Notes: generated by a model from the letters alone, not told the origin. Positions 17,682-24,924 are shown, counted from the stretch's first letter. The stretch: 45,638 nucleotides of DNA from a virus (IMGVR_UViG_3300017700_000356:1-45638); one strand, 5' to 3'. Numbers and translations: made by a program.

Positions 17682-18614
17682 ATGCGCGAACTGTTCATAC
17701 CGCGAAACTTCAACGGCTCGTCACTGGCGTTGATCGAACAGGCCATCGTCATCATTGACGACATGCAGGCCAAGGGTTACTCGCTCACGCTGCGGCAGCT
17801 CTATTACCAATTTGTCACGCGCAATTGGCTTGCCAACACGGACAAGAACTACAAGCGCCTTGGCAGCATCATCAACGATGCTCGACTTGCTGGCTTGATC
17901 GATTGGGACGCCATCGTTGACCGCACGCGCTACCTGCGCCGCATCCCTGATTACACGACGCCGCGTCACTTCGCACAGAACATGGTCAATCAATACGCCG
18001 AAGACTTGTGGCTTGACCAAGACAACTACTGCGAAGTTTGGATCGAGAAAGACGCCTTGATTGGTGTCATCGAGCGGCCTTGCGACAAGTGGCGCGTGCC
18101 GTATTATTCGTGCCGTGGCTACGGATCGCAGTCGGAAATGTATGAGGCCGGCAAGCGGCTGAAGCTCGCCATCGAGCACGACAAGCGCGTGACGGTGCTG
18201 TGCCTGTCCGATCACGACCCGTCAGGGCTCGACATGACCAAGGACATTGAAGCCAGACTGCGCATGTTCACCGAACAGCACGACGAAGACAGCGGCATGT
18301 TGACCATCGAGCGTGTCGCCCTGAACATTGATCAGGTGCGCGCATATGATCCGCCGCCCAACCCTGCCAAGGACACAGACAGCCGCTTCGCTGGCTATGC
18401 TTTCGAGTTTGGCGATGAAAGTTGGGAACTTGACAGCCTTGATCCCGAAGTGATCGACGGCTTGGTTGAAGCGGCCATCCTGAACTTGGTTGACATCGAT
18501 AAGTTCAACGCAGCCGGCAACATCGAGGCCGACAACCGCCACCGCCTGTCGAACGTCGCCAACCACTTCAACGAGCTGTCGCGCTTCATTGAAACGGGTG
18601 TTCGGATCATCTGA
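17682..18614 (+). CDS. Spo11/topoisomerase VI subunit A-like TOPRIM protein (Mini-A-like)
   Basis: TLRQLYY winged-helix tyrosines; EVWIEKDA; SCRGY; DHDPSG; WELDSL. Confidence 0.8.
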   Translation: MRELFIPRNFNGSSLALIEQAIVIIDDMQAKGYSLTLRQLYYQFVTRNWLANTDKNYKRLGSIINDARLAGLIDWDAIVDRTRYLRRIPDYTTPRHFAQNMVNQYAEDLWLDQDNYCEVWIEKDALIGVIERPCDKWRVPYYSCRGYGSQSEMYEAGKRLKLAIEHDKRVTVLCLSDHDPSGLDMTKDIEARLRMFTEQHDEDSGMLTIERVALNIDQVRAYDPPPNPAKDTDSRFAGYAFEFGDESWELDSLDPEVIDGLVEAAILNLVDIDKFNAAGNIEADNRHRLSNVANHFNELSRFIETGVRII

Positions 18615-18623
18615 CAAGGGGGC

Positions 18624-18652
18624 TTGACAACATGATGTTGTTCGTGTATGCT
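18624..18652 (+). promoter_or_regulatory. Promoter TTGACA-N17-TATGCT
   Basis: Near-consensus, intergenic. Confidence 0.75.
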
Positions 18653-18680
18653 GCTTCGGTTAGCAATAAGGAACGACATC

Positions 18681-18902
18681 ATGTTGAAGTCTTATCACAA
18701 CGTCATCAATGAGCCTAACCCCGCGCCCGGTCTGAACACTGTTGAAACGTTCGATGTGAAGTGGATCACATCACGCGGTCGCAAGAATGGGAACAGCCGG
18801 GGCAGTGTGCTTGCTGCCCGGCAGCTCGCAAACAAGGTGGAAGCTGAAGGGGCGACCAACATCAGCATCACGCGGCGTTGGATTGCAGGTCACGCTTTCT
18901 GA
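18681..18902 (+). CDS. Hypothetical early protein
   Basis: TAAGGA SD, downstream of a promoter. Confidence 0.65.
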   Translation: MLKSYHNVINEPNPAPGLNTVETFDVKWITSRGRKNGNSRGSVLAARQLANKVEAEGATNISITRRWIAGHAF

Positions 18903-18913
18903 CAACAAGGCGC

Positions 18914-18942
18914 TTGACAACATCAGTTGGCTAGGGCATGCT
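18914..18942 (+). promoter_or_regulatory. Promoter TTGACA-N17-CATGCT
   Basis: Shares CTTGACAACAT with 3 other sites; followed by CAACAACAGGAG. Confidence 0.7.
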
Positions 18943-18970
18943 GTCCTAGTCAACAACAGGAGTTAAGCCC

Positions 18971-19120
18971 ATGCCCCACATTTACAAGTTGATCGACCAG
19001 CTTCGCGCCATCGGCATCCCGCGTGCTGGCATCGACGCCGCCCGTGCTGCATGGGTTGGCTACCTGACGGAAAACGAGCTGGCGTCTTGGGACTGGCGCG
19101 TTCGCGAAACTGAACGCTGA
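18971..19120 (+). CDS. Hypothetical protein (49 aa, MPHIYKLIDQLRAIG...), not in the ORF track
   Basis: AGGAG SD downstream of a promoter. Confidence 0.65.
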   Translation: MPHIYKLIDQLRAIGIPRAGIDAARAAWVGYLTENELASWDWRVRETER

Positions 19121-19166
19121 AACAACGGGGGCGAAAGCCCCCAATTCACCAACAGGAGTTAAGCAG

Positions 19167-19382
19167 ATGGCTAAGGACATGACCGGGCTGCCCAACGCGA
19201 CGCGACAGGCTTACAAGCTGCGCGACGCTTTGGAAGAGGCCGCAACGCAGGCTTACGAGCTTGGTGCGGAGCTGTGCGCCAACAGCGATCCGACTGCGGT
19301 GTGGCACGCAATTTCAACATCGCATGCGCTGCGCGCCAAGGCACGCAACGTCACCATCCGCCACGGCCTCGCGCCGCATTGA
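19167..19382 (+). CDS. Hypothetical protein
   Basis: AACAGGAGTTAAG SD. Confidence 0.7.
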   Translation: MAKDMTGLPNATRQAYKLRDALEEAATQAYELGAELCANSDPTAVWHAISTSHALRAKARNVTIRHGLAPH

Positions 19383-19438
19383 CAACTAGTTTAGCGCATC
19401 GCAAGGTGCGTTAGCATGGCTGTCAATAGGAGGGTGAC

Positions 19439-19678
19439 ATGTTAGGTCATGCCATGATGCTACAAGGCATTCGCGAGCGCATCGAAGTGTCGCGCGTGCG
19501 GTGTGCTATCCATCGAATGACGATGGAATGGTGCGAGGAACAGGCCAACGCTTGCGTGCTCGTGGCGCCCAAGTCGGCTAGGCTGTGGCGTCTCGATGCC
19601 AACAAGGCGCGCGATGCCTTGGAAGCACACACCAATGAGATCGCGAAGCTAGAAGCGGAGCTTGCAAAACATGTGTGA
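19439..19678 (+). CDS. Hypothetical protein
   Basis: AGGAGG SD. Confidence 0.7.
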   Translation: MLGHAMMLQGIRERIEVSRVRCAIHRMTMEWCEEQANACVLVAPKSARLWRLDANKARDALEAHTNEIAKLEAELAKHV

Positions 19679-19913
19679 GGTTTGCACATGGTTGCGTCGC
19701 GGCCCACATGTCGAGCTGCTTGACGTGGTTGTTGCAGTGCGGCCGACGCACTACGAAGTCAACGCACACTGGCTTGTCATGCCGCGTGGTGCGTTGCCAG
19801 CGGCCACGCGCACGGAACAGACTTGCGAGCTGATGACAACAAGTCTGCGCAAGGCTTCCCGGCACCATGCCATGTTGCGCCGCGCAATCGGCATTACAGG
19901 GCCGTTAAGATGA
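19671..19913 (+). CDS. Hypothetical protein
   Basis: GGAG SD, overlaps its neighbours. Confidence 0.55.
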   Translation: MCEVCTWLRRGPHVELLDVVVAVRPTHYEVNAHWLVMPRGALPAATRTEQTCELMTTSLRKASRHHAMLRRAIGITGPLR

Positions 19914-20209
19914 CAACGCTTGCCAAGTTCCCAAAGATCAGGTTCAGACGGCGCGTCGGCTACTTTCCGCGCGCTGACGATCCTATCGTGTCGGGTGCTA
20001 GCGTTGTGCGCAATCTCGTGATCGACTGTGAGGCCCGGCACGATAACCCGGCCGACGTGCGCGAAGCGAAGATCGAGCTGCTGACGGCCCTGTGTGGGCA
20101 TCTATTCGAGGCTCTGCTGTCGGCCGAAGTCCTGACGCTTCAGCAGGCTCATGACATCGCCGGCTACGGTCACACGACAACAACATGGGATGACAACAAT
20201 GGAAGCTAA
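19910..20209 (+). CDS. Hypothetical protein
   Basis: ATGA coupling. Confidence 0.6.
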   Translation: MTTLAKFPKIRFRRRVGYFPRADDPIVSGASVVRNLVIDCEARHDNPADVREAKIELLTALCGHLFEALLSAEVLTLQQAHDIAGYGHTTTTWDDNNGS

Positions 20210-20408
20210 GACAACGATCAACGAAGCCCATGAACAGGAGCGCGACAACATCCTTGCCACCGGCTACCAAAGCGCCAAGGATCAAGACGCGCGCTTCGCC
20301 CATACTGACGAGAACCGCCACGCGCGGCGCAGGCGGGCGGCCTTGACCAAGAAGCTGCTGCGCGATGTTGCAGCGGGCAAAGTTCCGTCGCCGTTCGAAG
20401 TGCCTTGA
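20199..20408 (+). CDS. Hypothetical protein
   Basis: Compact operon packing. Confidence 0.6.
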   Translation: MEAKTTINEAHEQERDNILATGYQSAKDQDARFAHTDENRHARRRRAALTKKLLRDVAAGKVPSPFEVP

Positions 20409-20433
20409 CAACATGTTCTGACTAGGGCATTAT
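20405..20433 (+). promoter_or_regulatory. Promoter TTGACA-N17-CATTAT
   Basis: Close relative of the 18914 promoter (CTAGGGCAT...TCAACAACAGGAGTT). Confidence 0.7.
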
Positions 20434-20459
20434 GCCTTGGTCAACAACAGGAGTTCGTC

Positions 20460-20717
20460 ATGTCGGTTCGTTACGCCAAGTCAGTCAAGGAAGTCGTCAA
20501 GGCCGTTGGGTGCGCCAACCTCAACCTTTATCGCGGTGAGGGTTATTGGTATTTCATCTATGACAGCCTTGATGGCGCTGACGCCAATGGCCGTTACGAC
20601 AGCGAAAGCGTTTACACCATGCGCTTGAACGACATGGCGCTTGACCTTTGGGTTGACATCGGCAAGAACTTTGTCGCCAAGGTTGAAGCGATGCCGGTTG
20701 GCAAGGTGCTGACATGA
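20460..20717 (+). CDS. Hypothetical early protein
   Basis: AGGAG SD. Confidence 0.7.
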   Translation: MSVRYAKSVKEVVKAVGCANLNLYRGEGYWYFIYDSLDGADANGRYDSESVYTMRLNDMALDLWVDIGKNFVAKVEAMPVGKVLT

Positions 20718-20872
20718 GCAAGGCACAGGGGCGCTGCGTTCGCCGCTTTAACCGTCTTTTCGATCTCGGCTACAGCCGGCCGATGTGCGCCTTGTATAGC
20801 AGCATTGATGCACGCTACGTTGAACGCACATGGCGCGACTGCATGCGCTACAGTAGGGGACCAAGGCCATGA
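20714..20872 (+). CDS. Hypothetical protein (52 aa, MSKAQGRCVRRF...), not in the ORF track
   Basis: ATGA coupling at both ends. Confidence 0.55.
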   Translation: MSKAQGRCVRRFNRLFDLGYSRPMCALYSSIDARYVERTWRDCMRYSRGPRP

Positions 20873-21087
20873 GCTTGTTGCGTGAGCTTGCCGAAAACGC
20901 CGACCCCAACAAGTTCATCATCACTTGGCGGGCGTATGGCGATGCCAAAGCAACCATGCCGTTCAACACGCGCAAGGCCGCGCTTAAGCACATCGAGCGC
21001 TTGATAGAGCCCGGCAAGGAATACAATGTTAACATCCGTTTGCATGAAGTGAACGTTGAAACCGGAGGCGAGCCGATATGTCGTTGA
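20869..21087 (+). CDS. Hypothetical protein
   Basis: Coupled ORF. Confidence 0.6.
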   Translation: MSLLRELAENADPNKFIITWRAYGDAKATMPFNTRKAALKHIERLIEPGKEYNVNIRLHEVNVETGGEPICR

Positions 21088-21617
21088 GTATGTTGGAACA
21101 GCTCGCGCAGCGTTTCGAGATTTACGCGAGCGACAACGAAGCCGTCGCGCAGCGTTGGGGCGCCGACAAGAAAACCCGCAAGGCCAATTTGGCGCGGGCC
21201 GAAGTCTGGCGCGATGCGGCCAACGACTTGCGCAAGGCCGGGCACGACAACCGCGATGCGTTCTATGAAGACGTGTTGAAGACTATGCAGGCGGGCGAGC
21301 TGTATGCGTCGGCTGCGGCTGACGTGTTGGCGCTGTTCATCACACCGCACATCGTCCCGCCTCCGCTTGCGATGCCGTCTGTGCTCGATGAACCCGAAGT
21401 CAAGGCCAAGCTGAAGCCTATCACCGACTTGCGAGCGCTAGACCTGTCCGACCTGCCGCCCGGCCGCTATACCGCGACACTCGACATGGAAACGAGAACA
21501 GCGCGGATTGCCTGCACCGATCCGGCCGAAAGCAACCCGCCGCGTGCGTCTTGGGAAGACTGCTTGCGCTGCGGCTTCAAGCACTACAGCAATCAACCCT
21601 GCGTTGGTGCCAAATGA
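21078..21617 (+). CDS. Hypothetical protein with C-terminal CxxC-H-C motif
   Basis: GGAGG SD; CLRCGFKHYSNQPC. Confidence 0.65.
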   Translation: MSLSMLEQLAQRFEIYASDNEAVAQRWGADKKTRKANLARAEVWRDAANDLRKAGHDNRDAFYEDVLKTMQAGELYASAAADVLALFITPHIVPPPLAMPSVLDEPEVKAKLKPITDLRALDLSDLPPGRYTATLDMETRTARIACTDPAESNPPRASWEDCLRCGFKHYSNQPCVGAK

Positions 21618-21841
21618 CTAGGCCAACCAATCAAGAGCTATGCGACAACATGCGCCGGCTGTTGACTGATGGCGCCAAGGTGTCGTTTACCAAGTTCGCA
21701 GATGCTTACCACTGTCGCGACTTTGACGAAACAGAAGTCTTGACAGAGACGAAGGAATGGCGCGGCGATCTGTGGCGCCAATTCGCAGAGATCGAGCGGC
21801 GCTTGTGCCCACAACCGGAAAGCAAGACAAATGAAACATGA
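21614..21841 (+). CDS. Hypothetical protein
   Basis: ATGA coupling. Confidence 0.6.
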   Translation: MTRPTNQELCDNMRRLLTDGAKVSFTKFADAYHCRDFDETEVLTETKEWRGDLWRQFAEIERRLCPQPESKTNET

Positions 21842-22100
21842 CAAGACGCTGACGCACAGGACGCTTGACGTTCATGGCCTGACGGCCCCGCTAGAGGCTA
21901 TCGGCCTCACTGCGCAACACCTTGGCAACCACAAGCTTTACACCGTGGTTGGTGTGACATGGTTGGGCGCGACTGACGAATGGGGCGTCACCATGAAAGC
22001 GATAGGGGAAAACATCGAGATCACCCGCCCCGCTTCGCACATGCACGGTGTTCGCGACAATGGCGAGCGTCGTTACCGTTGGATGCACTTGCAGGCGTAA
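21831..22100 (+). CDS. DUF1653-like protein
   Basis: H..NHKLYTVVGV...TRPASHM...RRY resembles DUF1653. Confidence 0.5.
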   Translation: MKHDKTLTHRTLDVHGLTAPLEAIGLTAQHLGNHKLYTVVGVTWLGATDEWGVTMKAIGENIEITRPASHMHGVRDNGERRYRWMHLQA

Positions 22101-22107
22101 GGCAACG

Positions 22108-22329
22108 ATGACCGACAAGAGCGAACTTGCCCTTATGCTACAACGCGCGGCTGACAAGCCGGGCTGCCGCTGCGCCAACGGCAAAACGATTTGGAAGGTG
22201 ACGCAGCAGAATGACAGCTTGACCTATGTTGAGCCGGATCAAGCTGCGATGACCAAGCGCGAGCTGCGGCGCAAGCGGGCTCGCAACGGGGCAGCGCTGT
22301 CCAAGGCAATGCGGGGGCGACGCTATTGA
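22108..22329 (+). CDS. Hypothetical basic protein
   Basis: TAAGG SD; Arg-rich C-terminus. Confidence 0.55.
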   Translation: MTDKSELALMLQRAADKPGCRCANGKTIWKVTQQNDSLTYVEPDQAAMTKRELRRKRARNGAALSKAMRGRRY

Positions 22330-22355
22330 CGGCCGCTGCGGGGCTCGCCTAGTGT
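22326..22355 (+). promoter_or_regulatory. Possible promoter TTGACG-N18-TAGTGT
   Basis: -35 overlaps a TGA; -10 lies within an inverted repeat. Confidence 0.4.
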
Positions 22356-22392
22356 GGGCATGCCGCACCCCGCAAGCCTCATGGTGTAACCC

Positions 22393-22602
22393 TTGTCTCG
22401 CAATAAGCCCGCCGACAGCCTGCCCAACATGCCTGTCAAGCTCTATGTTCTTGATCCCAAGAAAGAACATGAGATCGTGCGCGAGCAACAATACAGCTAT
22501 AACAATAGTCGTCACCGCTCCAAGATCAGCAAGACGATGTATTGGGCGCTGTGCAGCGGATATGCTGTCGAGCTGATCAGGCAGCAAGACGATGTCAAAT
22601 AA
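22393..22602 (+). CDS. Hypothetical protein (start may be ATG 22429)
   Basis: ORF oriented with the operon. Confidence 0.5.
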   Translation: MSRNKPADSLPNMPVKLYVLDPKKEHEIVREQQYSYNNSRHRSKISKTMYWALCSGYAVELIRQQDDVK

Positions 22603-22628
22603 CCTGTGCTCAACTGTGGAGTAGCACT

Positions 22629-23093
22629 ATGACCAAGCCAATCAATGATGTTGTGCAGGCTGATGTTGATCAGTTTGTAAAGGAACACTGCGATTACGAG
22701 CACAGCGACAATGCGCTCGATGACTACCAGCGCCTTGCCGTGCGATCCGCGATCTATCCCGGCAAGGGCACGCCGTTCGGCCTGATGTATGTGGCACTTG
22801 GCTTGGCTGAAGCTGGCGAGGTTCAGAACAAGGTCAAGAAGATTTTCCGCGACGACGGCGTGATTGCTTTCGAGCTAAGCAGCAGCGCCGCGCAGGCGTA
22901 TGTCAAGTTCGAACCCATCAGCGACGAACGCAAGAAGCAGATCATCAAAGAGCTTGGCGGCTTGCTGTGGTATGCTGCTGCAACCTGTGCCGAACTCGGC
23001 ACAACGTTGTCAGAAGTGGCCGCCGCCAACTTGATCGAGCTTGCCGACAGGGCAGCTCGTGGCGTGTTGTCGGGCAGCGGTGACAATCGGTGA
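22629..23093 (+). CDS. mazG: MazG-like nucleotide pyrophosphohydrolase
   Basis: DYQRLAVRSAIYP..LGLAEAGEV..KVKKIFRD..KELGGLLWY..GSGDNR. Confidence 0.88.
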   Translation: MTKPINDVVQADVDQFVKEHCDYEHSDNALDDYQRLAVRSAIYPGKGTPFGLMYVALGLAEAGEVQNKVKKIFRDDGVIAFELSSSAAQAYVKFEPISDERKKQIIKELGGLLWYAAATCAELGTTLSEVAAANLIELADRAARGVLSGSGDNR

Positions 23094-23335
23094 AGCCGCA
23101 CCCCATCACCGACAAGGTGCTAGAAGCACAGCGGGCAGCTTTGAAAGAGCATGTCCCGGCCGGCATGTCGATTGCCGATCAACGGCGGATCAACCGCGAA
23201 CTGCTGTGGCATGCGCTCTTCGCCATGGCCTGTCTTGATCCCCATGTGAACATGGTGACTGTTGCCGCCGACACCCGCAGCGCCATCATCGAGGGCGTCA
23301 AGGCCGGGCAGGCGATGGGCAATCACAAGCTATGA
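23090..23335 (+). CDS. Hypothetical protein
   Basis: GTGA coupling. Confidence 0.6.
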   Translation: MKPHPITDKVLEAQRAALKEHVPAGMSIADQRRINRELLWHALFAMACLDPHVNMVTVAADTRSAIIEGVKAGQAMGNHKL

Positions 23336-23445
23336 TCGAGCGCTTGCGGGACACTGCGATTTGCTTAGGCATGTTGTTCGGTGTCCCGCTAGCCGCAGCC
23401 GTGGTTCTCTTTCTCTCATACCTATGGGTTTACAGCCATGGTTGA
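23332..23445 (+). CDS. Small membrane protein (37 aa), not in the ORF track
   Basis: MIERLRDTAICLGMLFGVPLAAAVVLFLSYLWVYSHG; ATGA coupling. Confidence 0.5.
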   Translation: MIERLRDTAICLGMLFGVPLAAAVVLFLSYLWVYSHG

Positions 23446-23752
23446 ACAGCTAGAGCTTTGGCCTAACAACGAAGAACCACAGGCGGCGTTCGCCAACTAT
23501 CCGAAGTCACTAGCCGAACACAGGGCGTTAAGCCAAGAAGACGGCCGGCTTTGGAAGCCGCGTGACGCCCTCATATCTGTGTTGCGCGACATCGATCAAG
23601 GCGTGTCATCGCCTGAATTGCTTATCGCGTTCTGGAAAACCACGATGCCGAACGGTGATTACAAGATCGGTTCGGTGGTATCGGGTGGCCTTCGGCATGA
23701 GCTGATAGGCGTCGCCTACAATGGCTTAGACCTACTCATGAAGGAACGTTGA
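23438..23752 (+). CDS. Hypothetical protein
   Basis: 104-aa ORF in operon. Confidence 0.65.
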   Translation: MVEQLELWPNNEEPQAAFANYPKSLAEHRALSQEDGRLWKPRDALISVLRDIDQGVSSPELLIAFWKTTMPNGDYKIGSVVSGGLRHELIGVAYNGLDLLMKER

Positions 23753-23754
23753 AC

Positions 23755-23961
23755 ATGGAAAAGCTGTCACCCGGCATGCAGCTTGCCGAAGAACTCGCGC
23801 AGGCCATTCTCGTCAACGATGACAAAGCCGCCAAGGTCGCGGCGGTGAACATTGTGGGCACCATCATTGATGCGCAGCTTCGACAGGCCGCCGCGCTCGA
23901 AAGGATCGCCGGCTGTGTGGATCGTTTCGACGGTTCAACATTTCGCGTTTCGGGTGGTTGA
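23755..23961 (+). CDS. Hypothetical protein
   Basis: AAGGA SD. Confidence 0.6.
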   Translation: MEKLSPGMQLAEELAQAILVNDDKAAKVAAVNIVGTIIDAQLRQAAALERIAGCVDRFDGSTFRVSGG

Positions 23962-23986
23962 CAGCCTGAACAACATCACCTAGCTT
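23958..23986 (+). promoter_or_regulatory. Promoter TTGACA-N17-TAGCTT
   Basis: Consensus -35, 17-bp spacer. Confidence 0.7.
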
Positions 23987-24026
23987 GCGATTGTCACACC
24001 GACAAACAACAAGGGATTTTCCGATT

Positions 24027-24701
24027 ATGGCAAAGAAGCCCAACACCGCAGCCACCGCGCCCGCCGCTGACAACTCCGGTTCGGCCACTCTCAACGTCAC
24101 CGTGCTGCATCGCATCGCCGCCGCCGTCGCGGCCGGCAATCCCGGTTACGACTTCGTCACACAGGCCGAAGGCGAAGGGCTGGTCGCGGCCGGCTTGATC
24201 GAACTCAATCCGGCTATCACCAACGAAGCCGGTGGCGTCGCCGCCATCACGACGGAAGCCGGCGCCAAGCTGGTCGCGGAACAGGCCGCCGACGACACGG
24301 CCGCCAACACGGCCGCCAAGGCCAAGTTCGAAATCGATGACAACGTGCCGCTTGCGGCCAAGAAGGGTGGCGGCGGTGGCGGTGGCACCCGCGAAAGCAT
24401 CTACCCGTTCGACAGCCTGAACGTCGGGCAGTCGTTCCACCTGCCCGTGACCAAGGACATGCCCAAGCCCAATCGCACCATCGCTTCGGCGGTTTCGCTC
24501 GCGACGGCCAAGCATTCCATCGAGGTCAAGGACGAAGCCGGCAACGTCGTCATGGAAGACTTCGAGCGCAAGAACAAGGCCGGCGAAGTCGTGGAAACGG
24601 GCAAGCGCCCGAAGATGCAGGCAACGCGCGTCTTCACGATCCGCGCCGTCGATGCGACCGATCCGCGTGGCCCCGGCGCCCGCGTCTATCGCACGGCTTG
24701 A
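24027..24701 (+). CDS. Phage protein, possibly nucleic-acid binding and highly expressed
   Basis: FEIDDNVPL...YPFDSLNVGQSFH...GARVYRT pattern seen in phage proteins; strong C/G-ending codon bias. Confidence 0.7.
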   Translation: MAKKPNTAATAPAADNSGSATLNVTVLHRIAAAVAAGNPGYDFVTQAEGEGLVAAGLIELNPAITNEAGGVAAITTEAGAKLVAEQAADDTAANTAAKAKFEIDDNVPLAAKKGGGGGGGTRESIYPFDSLNVGQSFHLPVTKDMPKPNRTIASAVSLATAKHSIEVKDEAGNVVMEDFERKNKAGEVVETGKRPKMQATRVFTIRAVDATDPRGPGARVYRTA

Positions 24702-24732
24702 CAAGAACGTTGCGACCCGCCACAGGGTTCGC

Positions 24733-24924
24733 AACTAGAGCGGCGGGCTAGAACAGGGCTCCGGTTCTGATGCCCGCCGCTTCCGGTAACAAGGCGATGT
24801 CACTAGCAAGAGCTAGCACGCCAACAGAGCTGGCCTAGGTCGGAAGCAGCTAGGGGGCTTGTGCCCTCCGCAGCAGATGACGCGAAAGCCCCTAAGCCCG
24901 CCCGGTTCGCCGTGGCGGGCTTTT
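24733..24924 (+). ncRNA. Candidate multi-hairpin small RNA with anti-Shine-Dalgarno loops (5' end approximate)
   Basis: Tandem stems at 24738-24782, 24793-24822, 24828-24851 and 24852-24893, then a terminator; TTGACA upstream at 24698; two loops complementary to phage RBSs. Confidence 0.6.
24894..24924 (+). terminator. Rho-independent terminator
   Basis: AAGCCCGCC-CGG-TTCG-CCG-T-GGCGGGC-TTTT. Confidence 0.8.

Noticed and set aside
24836-24851. SRP-RNA-like AGGTCGGAAGCAGC
   Set aside because: Lacks the full CAGGUCCGGAAGGAAGCAGC domain IV and the long flanking helix
24874-24888. Hammerhead-like CAGATGA...GAAA
   Set aside because: The core should be CUGANGA, and only 3 nt separate it from GAAA, leaving no stem II
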